NCBI GenBank assembly: GCA_025603075.1
Contig: MU626302.1
Coordinates: 1-64,000 of the forward strand
Reading direction: 5' to 3'
DNA length: 64,000 nucleotides
From: Neoconidiobolus thromboides FSU 785
Taxonomy: Eukaryota; Fungi; Entomophthoromycota
Below, piece after piece: positions 36,656 to 49,650 of this stretch (positions are counted from its first letter, which is position 1; every line of letters starts with the position of its first letter). Under the pieces are notes generated by a model. That model was not told the DNA's origin. It searched no databases and saw only the letters and a program-made list of their open reading frames with translations. The translations under genes were made by a program, and so were the position numbers.

Positions 36656-38927
36656 ATGATAATGCTTTCAAAACTCTGTAAAAACAAACCTAATTTAAAT
36701 TTAAATTTAATAAAACCGTTCTCAACAAATAGAGTAAGTAGACGTTTTGTATTATTTTAAGTTTTATTTTATGATATTTTAATTAGATAGCTTTAACCAC
36801 ATCATTTCAACCTAAAAAAGCAAGTGATTTATTATTACCAACATTAAAAAAAGTAAATGAAAAATATACAAAATCTCATGAGTTGATGTTAAGAGCTGGG
36901 CTGATTAGACAGGTAAATCAAAATCATATTCCATTTCTATTTAAAAAAATAAGTTTTCCTCTTTAAATAAAGCATAGTTAATTTAATCTACTTAGACTTC
37001 TTCTGGTCTATATAGTTTATTACCAATGGCAATGAAATCCATTAGAAAATTAAAGCAAATTGTTATTAATGAATTAGAAGATGGAGGTAAGTCAATTAAT
37101 TTATAAATGAACTAAATTAGTTAGATTAATAGAATAGAGTAGTTTAATAATAACAATATAATAATAAAATAAACAAAATAGGTTGTCAACCAGTAGATTT
37201 ACCAATATTGTCTAGTGCTAATCTATGGAAAAAAACAGGTAGATGGGAAGAAATGGACAAAGAGGTAAATAATAGTATCTTATTTCGTTTGATATTCATA
37301 TGTTCTTATTATTAGTTATTTCGTTTAAAAGATAGAAAGGATAATGATTTATGTTTATCACCAACTTTTGAAGAAGAAATGGCTAATTTAATAGATCAAT
37401 TAGTACAATCTTATCGACAGTTACCAGTTAAAGTTTATCAAATTGGTAAGTTTAATAGAAATACAATAAATTTTTATTTTTATTTTTATTTAATATTTAC
37501 TATGTAGGCAAAAAATATCGTGATGAAATGCGACCACGTTCAGGTTTATTAAGAAGCCGAGAGTTTATTATGAAAGATTTATATACATTTGATATAGATA
37601 GTGAACATTCCTTAATTACTTATCATCAAGTTAATCAAATTTACAAAAATATTTTTAATAAAATCAATGTTCCTTATCGTTGTGTAAGTAATTATTATTT
37701 AACTACACAATAATAATAATGCATTAACATTTTTTAATAATGAAATAGGTAGAAGCAGATACAGGTAAAATTGGTGGCTATCTTTCTCATGAATATCATA
37801 TATTATCAGAAGGTAAACTTGATTCACTATAATTTAGTAATAATAACAAAACAATTTTATTAGCTGGTGAAGATACTGTGTTAATGTGTTCTAACTGTGG
37901 TTATGCAGCTAACCAAGAATTAGCTAAATCTAGTTTAGATGCAACTACACTTAAAGTTGAATCTATTACAATCAATGATAGAACTAATAAAAAAGAAATT
38001 GAATTATTAGAAACAGTAATTCAAAACAATAACAACAATGGTTCTACTGTAACAATCACAGAAGAATTATATCAAAATTTAAATATCCAATTATATAAGG
38101 GAAAAGAAGATAATAGTGTATTAACAATTATACCAAAGGATAGTGATATTAATATAATCAAATTAGATCTTGCTGGAGAATCCGAATTTTCATTAGTATC
38201 AAAAGAAATTAATATAAACTTGAATAATAATTCATTAAAAAACACTCAACTTATTATTGATGAAAGTTTAAGATCTCATCCATTTGTTACTTATTTAACC
38301 GAATCCACCATACATTATGCTCTACGAGATATCCGCAATGCGAGCTTCAATGAACCCTGCTCAAACTGTTCTCATCCTTTGGATTCAAGTAAAGCTATAG
38401 AAGTAGCCCATACTTTTCATTTAGAAGATTGGTTTTCAAAACCTTTAGAAGCTACTTATCAACCCAGATCTTCTACTCAACAAATTCCATTTTCAATGGG
38501 TTGTTTTGGGATTGGTATTTCTAGATTATTAGCAGCTATTATTGAAGCAAAATCAGATAATAATGGTATTCAATGGCCAATAAGTATTGCCCCTTATAAG
38601 ATAATAGTGATGCCTTTGTTTAAAGGAAAAGAAGAAGTAGAAGTAGAGAAACTAAGGGATGTTTACTTAGAGTTAGAAAAAGTAATGCAAAATAGTAATA
38701 AATTAAATAAGGAGGATATAATATTAGAAGATAGAAAACAAGTATCTAATGGATTTAAGTTAAAAGATTGGGAACTAATTGGTGTTCCAATTCAATTAAG
38801 ATTAAGAGAGGATTTTATTACTCATGAAATTATTGAAGTTTATAATCGACAAGATTTATCTTGTATTAAAGTAAACTTAAATGAATTGAAATATACTTTA
38901 TTAAATTTATTTAATAAATTACAATAA
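36656..38927 (+). CDS. Prolyl-tRNA synthetase, bacterial/mitochondrial type, multi-exon
   Basis: [79 protein letters not shown]; basic presequence-like N-terminus. Confidence 0.93.
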
Positions 38928-39042
38928 ATATAACAATATAAAAAATAAAGAATTTAATTAAATCTATTTTTTTTATTCTATTAAACAAGAAAACCTAAAC
39001 TTTGTTATTATTTTAAAACAGCTTCTCTAATTAACCATCAAC

Positions 39043-41876
39043 TTAATGACGTTTATTATTCTTGTTACCACCTTTAGGTTTATGTCTTCCAGTTTTTAAT
39101 CTTCTTTGTTCTTTCTTTTCTCTTTCTTTACGAATTTCAGTGGAACTCTTTAATTCACTCTTAATCTTTTTATTATCATTTGATACTTCTTTAGTATGAT
39201 GTTTGAATCTTCTCTTTAATTTAGCATCTTGTAATTTTTTATTAGATCCACTCATCTCTATATCTCCAACTTTAGGCATATTGACTCCTTGTTTACGTTG
39301 CCATTCTGCAAAACTAAAACAAAAAATATTAGTACCCATATATTTGTTTTTATTCTAATAAAACTACTTACTTCCCCTTTTTAAAAGACGCTTGGATTTT
39401 ATTCCCTGATTCTGTTTTTAATAATTTTTTATTATCTGCCCCAGTACCATCCCCTCTAACAAATTTCTTTTTCTTTTTATCCCAACGTAATTGATTTTGT
39501 TTAAATTGTTCAGTAGCTCGATCATCACCCGTTAAATCTAGTGTAGCATGCATTGTTTGTTTTTCAAATGACCCAGATTGTAATGAATATCCTTTTTCAG
39601 TATAAGCATCCTTCTGATAATAAGAGATATAATTTTCCTCATCTTTTTTAGTATTTCTCGAAGATTTATTATTAGTAACTACTTTGAACACTTTTTCTAA
39701 TTCAGATGTTTCTACAGTTTCCAAATTACTTTTTGATTTTTGAGATAATGTAACGGGTTTGATATGTGATAATTCTTTTTGTTGATGTCTATAATCTACT
39801 ATTTTATCATCTAAATAGCTGCGTCTCTTTTTCATCGCTTCCGATGCTGGTGTTGCCTTTTTAGTTCCTCTGGCTTTTACTTCGAAAATTGTCTATAATT
39901 GATTTAAGCATTTTTAAAACAATGACTAAATTATAACTTACTTCTCTTGGTTTAAATCCAGAAATACCCTTTAAAAATTCACTAGCATCTTTTTCTTCTT
40001 CCTTTATATTACGAACTAAAATCATAATTTATTAATATTAAACTAGCAATATAATTAATAAGCTTACTTAATAATGGATGAATTTCTTCCAATTGGCCAG
40101 AGCGCAATAATTCCTTTGCTTTTTGATGAGATTCTCTAGCAGCTACCACTGATTTTCTAGATTTCCTAAACATTTTAGAACCATTAATAGCTACTTTTCT
40201 TAAACCTTCAATTTCAATATTGTTAAATTTATTATGTAACCATTCAATATCATCAACTAAAGAAATTTCATTAGCTAAAGTGCCAATAACAACATCTGTA
40301 GTATAATCAATATCATCAATCATATCTTCTGAAATTTGAGCAGCAGTAATTAATGGCCTTCCCAAAAATAATTGTAAATCATAAAAATAAGCCAATTCAT
40401 CCATAGTAACAAAAGAATAAGCCCATCCTCTTTTACCTGCACGTGCTACACGTCCAACTCGATGTACAAATACTTTAGCTTGATCAACAAAATCGTAATT
40501 AATTACATTTTCCAAAATAGGGATATCAATACCACGAGCAGCTACATCAGTTACTACGAACAATGGTACTTGTTGATTACGAAAATCTTGAATTTGAATT
40601 TGACGTGCTGTTTGATCCATTGATCCATATAATTTTCCACAATCATACCCTGCTTCTTCTAATAAGGTAGCTATATAATCTACATGATGTTTGGTTGATA
40701 CAAATATAATACTTTGATTAGGATAAATTGGTTTGAAATATTCTTTTTTCTTTTTATCTTTTTTTTCAATTGTTTTATCAACTTCATTTGATTTTGGACA
40801 TTTGATGACTTCTCTTAATAAAAATAGTAATGCTGCTTCTTTAACATCTTGCTTAACACTGAAAAAGGCCATCTATTTTATATTATTATTAACGTTATTA
40901 CTTAATTTAAGTTAATGAATCATTATTAATTACCTCCAAATCCTGACTAATTTTAGTATCAGCATCCAAACGAACAAGAGTAGGATCTTGTAAGCCAGCC
41001 TTAGCAAATTCAACTAAATTTTTTGGTAAAGTAGCTGAAAATAATAAAGTTTGTCTAGATGCTGGTAAACGTGATAATAATTCTCTTAATTGAACATCAA
41101 AACCCATTTCAAATAATCTAAAAATAAACAATAAGTATTAAATAAGTTTAATTTACCACTATATATAAAAGCTTGCCTATCAGCTTCATCAAATACTACA
41201 TATTCAATAGTTCTTAAATCAATTTCCATTTCAACAACTAAATGTAGTAATCGACCTGGTGTAGCAATAATACTATAATATAAAAAAATAAACAATTAAT
41301 ATACAAAAATAAGGAAACTACTCACATATCTGGATTTCCAGCCAATAAATTATATTGTTCTTCCATGGATTCACCACCAACAATAGCACAATTTCTAATA
41401 TCTGTACCTTTTGAAAGCTCAGATACTACTTTAGCCGTTTGAAACGCTAACTCTCTATTAGTCGAAAAAATCAAACCTCTAGCACCAACAATGGAACTAT
41501 GGGTTTTTAACTTTTCTATTAAAGGAATAACAAAAGCCGCTGTTTTTCCAGAACCGGTACGAGCCATACCCACTAGATCTAAATTTTCCATAATTAATGG
41601 TATACATTTTCTCTGAATTGGCGTGGGTTGTTTATACCCTTTTTTTTGAATGGATTTTAATAAAAAGGAGGATAAGCCCATGGATTGGAAACCACCTCCA
41701 GTAAGTTTCTTTTTTTTCGTTATTATGCTGCGTAGGTTGTTATCTTCATCTTCATCTCCTAAATCAGCCATATCTAAATTATCCGATTTTTTGTTTCCTT
41801 TGGAGGACTTAGTAGTACTCTCTTCATATTTGGGAATTAATGCATCAGCGATATCAATTTCACTATCAGAACTCAT
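39043..41876 (-). CDS. DBP10: DEAD-box RNA helicase Dbp10/DDX54, multi-exon
   Basis: GGGFQSMGL; [10 protein letters not shown]; ARTGSGKT; VFDEADRLFEMGF (via GC-AG intron); [10 protein letters not shown]; DBP10 C-terminal WDKKKKKFV. Confidence 0.96.
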
Positions 41877-42060
41877 CTTTTTTGTAGTTCAAATATTCAA
41901 GACTAATAGCTTTTAGTTAATCGAAATTCTAGTTTGTTATAGATGATGGTTCTCATTGGTGGACTCGAAATCAAAATTTAAAAATTCAATATTCTTGAGA
42001 TTTGGGGTTGGATTTTAAAATGTTGGATCTATCAAAATTAGTACAGTATTTTTACCTACT

Positions 42061-42208
42061 ACGGCTATAGTAAAAAGATATTTAAACAAACTAAAGTAAG
42101 AAAAATTCGACAAAACTTTCAACAAGTGAACAAAATTTAAAACATTGTAAAAATTATTAACAATTTTTACTATTTCAGTCTATTTAAAAAATTTCTTAGT
42201 ATAGCCGT
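42061..42208. mobile_element. 148-bp fold-back/MITE-like element (third family)
   Basis: Arms 42061-42107 and 42162-42208 are inverted; 36 of 47 positions match ungapped, including terminal ACGGCTATA/TATAGCCGT. Confidence 0.55.
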
Positions 42209-42461
42209 GTGATAAGTTAAAAATATTTTACTAATAAAAGTTTAAATACATTATTTTTGGCATTGTACATTTTTGTTATTTCAAAATTTCATTAATTTTT
42301 ACCACTATAGTTTTAATTCACTTGATGTTATCCCTTTGCTTAAGGATTTTTATAATTTAGTAAAATTACTTTTTATAAAAAAATATGACTTGTAATATAT
42401 TAAATCAAAAATCAAATTAATTAAAAACTCAACATTTTTACTTTTTCTTTTTTAATTTCAA

Positions 42462-43772
42462 ATGGACAACATAAGTAGTGAAATAACAAGCAAGAAAGTT
42501 AGAGTAAAACTAAAAGAAAAGCTAATGCTCATTAACAATGAAGATAAGGAAGTTGTTTTAATAACTGCTAATAGCACAAACATTGAAAAAGTAGTTAAAA
42601 AAATTGATGATTTACCTATAATTTTACCAAATAGTTATTTTCAAGAGGGCGAGACACTTCAATTTTATAGTATAAAGGAGAAGCATAACATACTTTATGG
42701 ATATTCTTGGGATCAAGATAAAGGGAAATTTGAAGGAAAGAAGTTAAGTAAGGTAGATAAAAGATTGGGATTTGGGATATGTCCTTATTTGGATAATATT
42801 ATATTATTTGGTGGTATAAACAAGGATAATCAAGTAACCTCTGATATTTTTGTTATCAACAAGAAGGATAGAAGCAAAGTTAAAAAAACAAATAGTAATC
42901 TTAAATCAGCTTATCATACTACAGTTTGCAATGATAATGAGATGATAGTATTAGGCGGATTAGATGAGAAAAATCAGCTACGTCCATTAAATCAAAGTTA
43001 TTCTTTAAACCTAAAAAGCCTGTATTGGACACCAACTCCTATTTCAAACTCATATTTACCTCCAACTAGTTATTATCCTGAGTTATTTTTGCTAAATGAT
43101 ACAAATACAAATTATGAAAATTATATCATGTTAGATGATGATTTTATTTATGATTTAAATATACTAGATAAAAAATGGAATAAAAGAGAATATCCCTTCC
43201 TTGATGGAATCCCAGTGTCAATTAACAACGATATATTAATATTGGACGATAATTATAATGTGATTGATGAGATATCTTTTAGCGTTTTGAAAAGTGAGTT
43301 TATAAGTACTAACTATTTTTTGATTTCTGTATTTTCTATTTTATTACTCCTTTTGCTATTGGCTTTTGTTTGGCTTGGCTTAAAAATATTTTACTATCAC
43401 CGAGAATTTAATAAAAATTTTAAACGAATAGAGTTATTGCCTTTGGTCAATAATGACTATAATAATAACACTGTTTTGACAAATAATGATGATTTAGATA
43501 CTAATGAAAATGCTGATCATAACAATTCAATTATAAGCAACATAATAGGATCAGAAACATTACCATTGACGCGACAAACCATACCAACTCATAATGCCAA
43601 TAATAACAACATAGAAAATGTAGACTTTGATATAATGATAAACAGAGATAATAATAATATGGCTAACGAAATATATTATGAAAGGTCATTAATAGCTGAG
43701 CAGAGTACTTCACTCACTTCTATCATTACCAAATACTTTGATAGTGACTTGAAGCATTCTACTTCACTTTAA
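42462..43772 (+). CDS. Kelch-like repeat protein with single C-proximal transmembrane helix, intronless
   Basis: IILFGG and MIVLGG Kelch-type motifs with downstream W; hydrophobic FLISVFSILLLLLLLAFVWLGL; Asn-rich tail. Confidence 0.65.
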   Translation: MDNISSEITSKKVRVKLKEKLMLINNEDKEVVLITANSTNIEKVVKKIDDLPIILPNSYFQEGETLQFYSIKEKHNILYGYSWDQDKGKFEGKKLSKVDKRLGFGICPYLDNIILFGGINKDNQVTSDIFVINKKDRSKVKKTNSNLKSAYHTTVCNDNEMIVLGGLDEKNQLRPLNQSYSLNLKSLYWTPTPISNSYLPPTSYYPELFLLNDTNTNYENYIMLDDDFIYDLNILDKKWNKREYPFLDGIPVSINNDILILDDNYNVIDEISFSVLKSEFISTNYFLISVFSILLLLLLLAFVWLGLKIFYYHREFNKNFKRIELLPLVNNDYNNNTVLTNNDDLDTNENADHNNSIISNIIGSETLPLTRQTIPTHNANNNNIENVDFDIMINRDNNNMANEIYYERSLIAEQSTSLTSIITKYFDSDLKHSTSL

Positions 43773-43996
43773 TTATAATAAAATAATTTCGTTATTTATT
43801 AAATTTGAACTGGATTTATCTTCCTATATCCTTTTAATAAATAATTATACTTCTATTTTATTTTACAACACAGGTTGCTATTTAGGTTTAAAATTTTAGC
43901 CTATATTTTAAAATAATTTAAAAAATAAATAAAATTTGAAATTAAATAATATTTTATGAGATTTACTACCAAAATAGCAAGTGGCTATATTATTAT

Positions 43997-45166
43997 TTAT
44001 TTAACAGTAGGAGCAGGAGCATTGACAGCATTTAAAAATTGATCAGCTTCTAATTCACGTAATTCATTTTGTCTAACATTTGTGTAATTGAATTTCATTT
44101 TAAGTAAAAATTCAACATCTAATATTTTGACTGGTGGGTTATTAATATCAATCTTGGAATTAGTTTCTAAATCGGTAAGTTCATTATTCTTAGTAACGAA
44201 GTTCAAGTCATGTTCTAAAAGCTGTTCAACTGTTGTTACATTCTTTGTTACAGTATATGGTTCAACTGTAAACTCTGGTACCATCATTGAGCGTGACATT
44301 GTAGTAGTTGGAGTCCATGGGAAATGCTCTTCTTTATAAGCATAACACATACGATCGGAAGTATCAATCGCTTGAAGAATTGGAAACCCCCAAGGAGCAA
44401 CTGGGTTACGACGATTTACATGATATTGATCCATTTGCTCAGGATGACGCATTTGCCAATCAAACCATAACTTGTCAATAAAAGCATGATGAGAGTAAAA
44501 TAGTGGGTCTTCTGGGGAAGCATGACCAGAAAATTCACCACCAATACCATTATGAATACGACCATGTGGTACACCTTCAATATTTCCAGCAAATCTATTG
44601 ATAGGCGTATCGTTTAAATACAAAGTATCCATTTTACGATCATCTGTTACTTCTTCGTCAAATACTTTTTTACGTCTTAAACAATGTGTGCTTCCACTTC
44701 CGTCATGCCAATAATAAGCTGTAAAGTCTCTAAAAGGGCCACTATCAACACAACCACTATTGCCATTCACTCTACCAAAGTACTTATCACTATAAATAGG
44801 ATCAGCATTTGGATTGCTAGCTTCAGCGGTCCAATCCCAATATGGAATAGTAACGGAAGGATCAATCTTTTGTAATTCTTTCTCAATAAAATATAAAAAG
44901 TAACGATGCCATACTAGAAAGAGTGGCTTCATATGGACTTGTGGATAGAAATCAACATGCATCTTAGCAAACGCATTCCATTTTGTTGGCTTTGGGCCAC
45001 TGTTTAATTGTTTTACAGCATTAAAATAACGATTTAATTGGGCATCACTTAAATTTTTGATATTCTTACGAATTCTCATATTCTCTGTCTTACAAAATGG
45101 TAAGTCTTGGCTGCTTATTAAATTGCTCAATCCCAATAAACTGAATAAATACACGTTCAATTTCAT
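43997..45166 (-). CDS. Secreted tyrosinase (type-3 dicopper), intronless
   Basis: Signal peptide; CuA (MH...QVH...FLVWHRYFL); CuB (EGVPHGRIH...SPEDPLFYSHHAFIDKLW). Confidence 0.92.
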   Translation of the reverse strand: MKLNVYLFSLLGLSNLISSQDLPFCKTENMRIRKNIKNLSDAQLNRYFNAVKQLNSGPKPTKWNAFAKMHVDFYPQVHMKPLFLVWHRYFLYFIEKELQKIDPSVTIPYWDWTAEASNPNADPIYSDKYFGRVNGNSGCVDSGPFRDFTAYYWHDGSGSTHCLRRKKVFDEEVTDDRKMDTLYLNDTPINRFAGNIEGVPHGRIHNGIGGEFSGHASPEDPLFYSHHAFIDKLWFDWQMRHPEQMDQYHVNRRNPVAPWGFPILQAIDTSDRMCYAYKEEHFPWTPTTTMSRSMMVPEFTVEPYTVTKNVTTVEQLLEHDLNFVTKNNELTDLETNSKIDINNPPVKILDVEFLLKMKFNYTNVRQNELRELEADQFLNAVNAPAPTVK

Positions 45167-45171
45167 TATTG

Positions 45172-45219
45172 TTATATTATTATATTATTATATTATTATA
45201 TTATTATATTATTATACTA
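45172..45219. repeat. 8-bp tandem repeat (TTATATTA)x6 just upstream of tyrosinase ATG
   Basis: Five perfect units plus one with a single mismatch; 5 nt from the start codon. Confidence 0.85.
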
Positions 45220-45900
45220 TTCTAATTTTAGTAGAGAGATTTAACAAATCCTTCAATTTTTCACTTTACCTTTTTCTTTTATATATATTTACTGTATAGC
45301 CACATATTCTTAGTTATCAAACATTAACTAAAGCATAATGATAATGTTATTCATATAATCAATTTTTACTAGCTAATTTAAAAATAACCCAAATATTCAT
45401 ATTATTCAAAGATGACCCAAGGAACCATTACTTCATCCACTTACTTACTATACAATTTTAATTGGTTCACGTTAATTATTTTGTACGCCGCTCAAAGTTT
45501 TAATTTAAAAGTTACTTTATTTGGGCAGCTTTGTTGTAGTTATTTGGTATAGTTTTCATTTACAATGGATACTGGTAGTTTTTATTAATTTCATTTTTAA
45601 TGTTTATTTTTATTCCGTTTATTAATTGTATCTTCTTTAGTTGCCTATTTTTAGGGATTGTTTTAAAACTCAAATTTATTATTACCACGACTATTTTTAA
45701 AAAAAAATTGAAGTTTGAGTAATCGGTTAGCTATCCATGTATAATATAAATATATTTGGTTACCTCGGTCAATTTATATTGCACCCTATATTTAACTTTA
45801 TTATACTTCTAAAGTTTTTAGTATAGTCAATGTATATTAACTTTTATTAGTAGTAATTTATTATTAAAAAAATTGAGTTATTTTAAAAATTAAATATATT

Positions 45901-45984
45901 GTGATGTAGGCTTCATTACTTTTTCGATTTTTTAGCGCTATTTGAGTGGGAAGATTGTTAAATTCTTAAACAAAAAATATCTCT
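45901..45984 (-). mobile_element. MITE family copy 8 (degenerate, internally deleted)
   Basis: GCTTCATTACTTTTTCGATTTTTTAGCGCTATTTGAGTGGGAAGATTGTTAAATTCTTAAACAAAAAATATCTCT; termini decayed. Confidence 0.75.
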
Positions 45985-46650
45985 AATATCTCAAATATAG
46001 ATTTAATTCTTCAAATTATTAATTTATAGACAAAATCATAACGCTCTGTATATAACTTAAGCAGATAAATTTAACATTCATATAGTAAATATTCTGTAGT
46101 TAAATAACACAATGTCGCATAATATTAAATATCCATAGTTTTATTTACATTTAAAAGCATAATAATTATAAAAGTAGCAATTCAATTATTTTGCAATATT
46201 ATTAAAAATTACTATACTTCTACCATGATATGCTCAGTATCTATTTATTACTTTCTTTATTCTATATAGATTTTTAAGCAACAAAGGGCTAGATTTTTAT
46301 ATTGTGATACTATTATATTTTAAAAACCTATTAAGAGCAAACTATGCCTCTGAAACATTGAAAATTTAAACAGATCCATACTCCGAAGTAGTTGGAGTTG
46401 CTGCAACTCTATTATGGTCTGTTAGTTATTGATTTAAGAATATAATTTTTCTAAAATCATACTAACATCTAAAGATTATTTTTTAAAGACCAAACAATCA
46501 AATAACTGGCTCTATATATTACCACAAAATAGGTCCCAATGAAGTTGCAACAACCGTAAGTAAATCTAAAAATAAAACAAAAACACTATACCAATGAAGT
46601 TGACAGGTTCAAAATTCTTAAAAAAAGCAAATTTGATAATATAATTACTA

Positions 46651-46892
46651 TTCTAAGAATCAAACATAAAAGCTTTGGGATCTTAAAGTATTTTTAAACT
46701 CACCTTCAAAAAATGATAATTAATACTTTAAGATTTTATTAGAGTTAATAAGCATAATCGTAATTCTGTAAGACACGTGTGAGACTTATGGGTTTTAGCA
46801 TTATCTGTGAATATATAATATGGTTGATGAGAAGTTAATATAATTGGTATGATCAGTTTGAGTTCATCACAATAGTGGGCATTTTGGAGGAT
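46651..46892 (-). pseudogene. Possible decayed Tc1/IS630-type transposase fragment
   Basis: Minus frame NAHYCDELKLIIP...YYIFTDNAKTHKSHT resembles IFQQDNAPxH; stops nearby; weak. Confidence 0.25.
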
Positions 46893-47394
46893 TTATAAGA
46901 ATATTGCTTTGATCATGTGAATTAGCTGGTTTATTAAATTTGTTTACTTTTCCCTCAACTTTTATTCTTCTATTATCCTATCATTAAAAGTCATACTTAA
47001 TAATAAAACAAAAAATTTAGAGATGGATATATAGCCTGAAAGTGAAGAAATAACATGACTTGGAAAACTAGTATTGCTTAAATGAATAATTTTAAAGTGC
47101 TTAACTATATATGGATTATAGAATTCAACTTTATAGAAAATAGCTTTTAGCACAAATTACTGATTACTATTATTGTATTTCCTTTTAACAATAAACAATT
47201 TTATCCATTTTATTTTCTACTAATTGAGTTTATTAGAAAGCTTTAGTCTGCTTCATTTACCTATTTTTGAGCAATTACTTTGCTAATAAACACTAGTTGT
47301 TAGTTTCAAATAAATATATTTTCTATAACAAAATTATAAATAAAAATAAAAACTACTTCTAGCATTTTGATTTCTAATGTGTAATCTAAATTAT

Positions 47395-47495
47395 GGGGAA
47401 ATATGTTTTTTTGGTTTCATTATTTTTTACATTTTAAGCACTATTTAAACGGAAAAATTCTTAGGAAAATTCTTAAATACAAAAATACATCTCCT
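47395..47495 (-). mobile_element. MITE family copy 9
   Basis: TTAT|GGGGAAATATGTTTTTTTGG...GGAAAATTCTTAAATACAAAAATACATCTCCT|TTAT; degenerate ends. Confidence 0.8.
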
Positions 47496-48552
47496 TTATG
47501 TTTGTTTGCATAAGTACATTCAGCCAAATATTCAAAAATTTATTGAATTAAGCACTTGACTAATTTTAATTATTTTGGGAAAACATTGATAGCAAATCAT
47601 AAATAAAATTAGGAAGTTTATTAAATCAATTTTTGTGAAATGTAGTGAAAATAGTTTTGTCTAAAAAAGCTAATAGCTATTGCTATAGGATAATTATATT
47701 AATCTCAATCATCCAGCCCTGTTTTAATCATTATATATAAACAGATGCCTTCTATTAAAATATAACGTTGTGTTATAACTTGTAAAGCTATATATATTAG
47801 TATTTGCATTTCTCTACCACTTAGTTTTGATAAATATCAGCATTTTAATTAAAATCATATTATGAGCACCGCTACAAATATATAGATACCAAAAATATTA
47901 GTCCTCACAGCATTTGTATCAATGTTAAATGTACTACAATAACAAAACGAGACTAAAGATTAGTTTTTCAATAATACCTTCATTATGTTAGTTTTACTAT
48001 CTATACATATTGTTTTAGCTTATTTATAAATAGTTTTAGCACTTTGATTGTTTAATTATTAGCTATTTGCTTGAACTTTTAACAAATATATCTTAAGCTG
48101 ATTAATTATTTGTTATTTGTATTTGTTTTTATCTTTTTTTTAAAATATTCATATAACTTTTAAATGTTAAACATTTATTGTTAATATATTAATTTTAGCA
48201 GCTATATCAGCTATGATCAAACTTAATCAAATCAGGCATTTTGCTATAAAACCAAGTATCAATAAAATGTTATCTATGTTTGTTATTTTTATTATATTTT
48301 ATAATTTACAGTTCTATAATTAAAAAATCAAAAAAATTCTTTAGTATTGATTATTATATATAGTCATAAATTCTTATTTTTTAATATTTTTAACTAAATT
48401 AAAAGCTTTTTTATAATTATAGTTAATTATTGTAATATTTGTTTATTCAATATATATGGCTTATAGCCTGTTTTATTTTATTTATTATACGTTTGTGAAA
48501 TATCACTTTACCAGTTTTAGATTGATTATAACATAAAAATCACTTAAGTTGT

Positions 48553-48831
48553 CATGTTCTTGAGTTCAGGCAGAATCAATTCGAACCTTTTATTTTAGTT
48601 TGCTATGAGAATTTATGCCAGGTAATTCAGAAAGACATTATCTCCCCGTTTTGATATCCATACTTATTGGAATACAAAAGAGATTTTAGAACATAATAAC
48701 TCGAGGCTTTTTAACTAAATTGTTCACTAATATCGTACCTTCAATAAAGCTAGTAAATCTTTCTGGTAGTATTTTATGTAGATTTTACAGTAGTATTGTC
48801 TACTATATTTGTCTTACATAGCCCATACCAT
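48553..48831 (-). pseudogene. Possible second decayed Tc1-like transposase fragment
   Basis: Minus strand MVWAM*...QYYCKI resembles the Tc1 MVW...Y-x-x-IL region; frameshifts and stops; weak. Confidence 0.2.
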
Positions 48832-49549
48832 ATTATGTGCCATTCTCTATAATTCAAGTTTATCTTATTTACATAAACCAAGACCTTTTAACTCCAACCA
48901 TTAAGTACTAGATTTTGCACTTTCAATAATTAAAAACATAATTGTAAAGAAACAATAGTAAAAAATAGCTTTTGAAAATATAAAATATACACGTATATAT
49001 TATAAAAAACTAAATAACAGTATTACTATAATAACCGTGTTAGCTTTTAAGTAATAAAAAATGACTTTAAAATTTAAGGCCTATATAGAAGTTAATATTT
49101 AGTAATTGGACTTAAAAGCAGTTTTTACTTGACTACTCATAAGTCAAGAGATCTTGATTTATGTAATTAAGATAGACTTGAATTATAAAAAATAGCACAT
49201 AATATGTTATAGAATGTGTAAAACAAATAAAATGAAAGCGTTATTACAAAAGTTAATCGCCTTCATTAAATAATATAATATCAGGTAATAGTTTAAAAAA
49301 CTTTAAGCTACCATGTTAAAAAATCTTTTTCATATTTTAATTAGATGACTGTATATAAAAAACATAATAATAATAATAATTTTTTGTTATAGTTACTAAT
49401 TATAAACATTAAAATATAAGGATGACATTTAGTGCAACCAAGTAATAAAACTTTTTTAGATTTGCTATAAAATTTCAAACTAATTATACTTAAATTTAAA
49501 AATACAATCTTTTTTAATCAAAATTATTTGTTAGTTAAATTTACTATAT

Positions 49550-49650
49550 GGGGCTATTTTTTTGGCTTCGTCACTTTTTCCATCTTTTAAATGCTATTTG
49601 AGTGGAAAAATCGACAATAAAATTCATAAATACAAAACACATCCCCCACC
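49550..49650 (-). mobile_element. MITE family copy 10
   Basis: ATAT|GGGGCTATTTTTTTGG...AATACAAAACACATCCCCCACC|ATAT; short insertion at right end. Confidence 0.85.
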
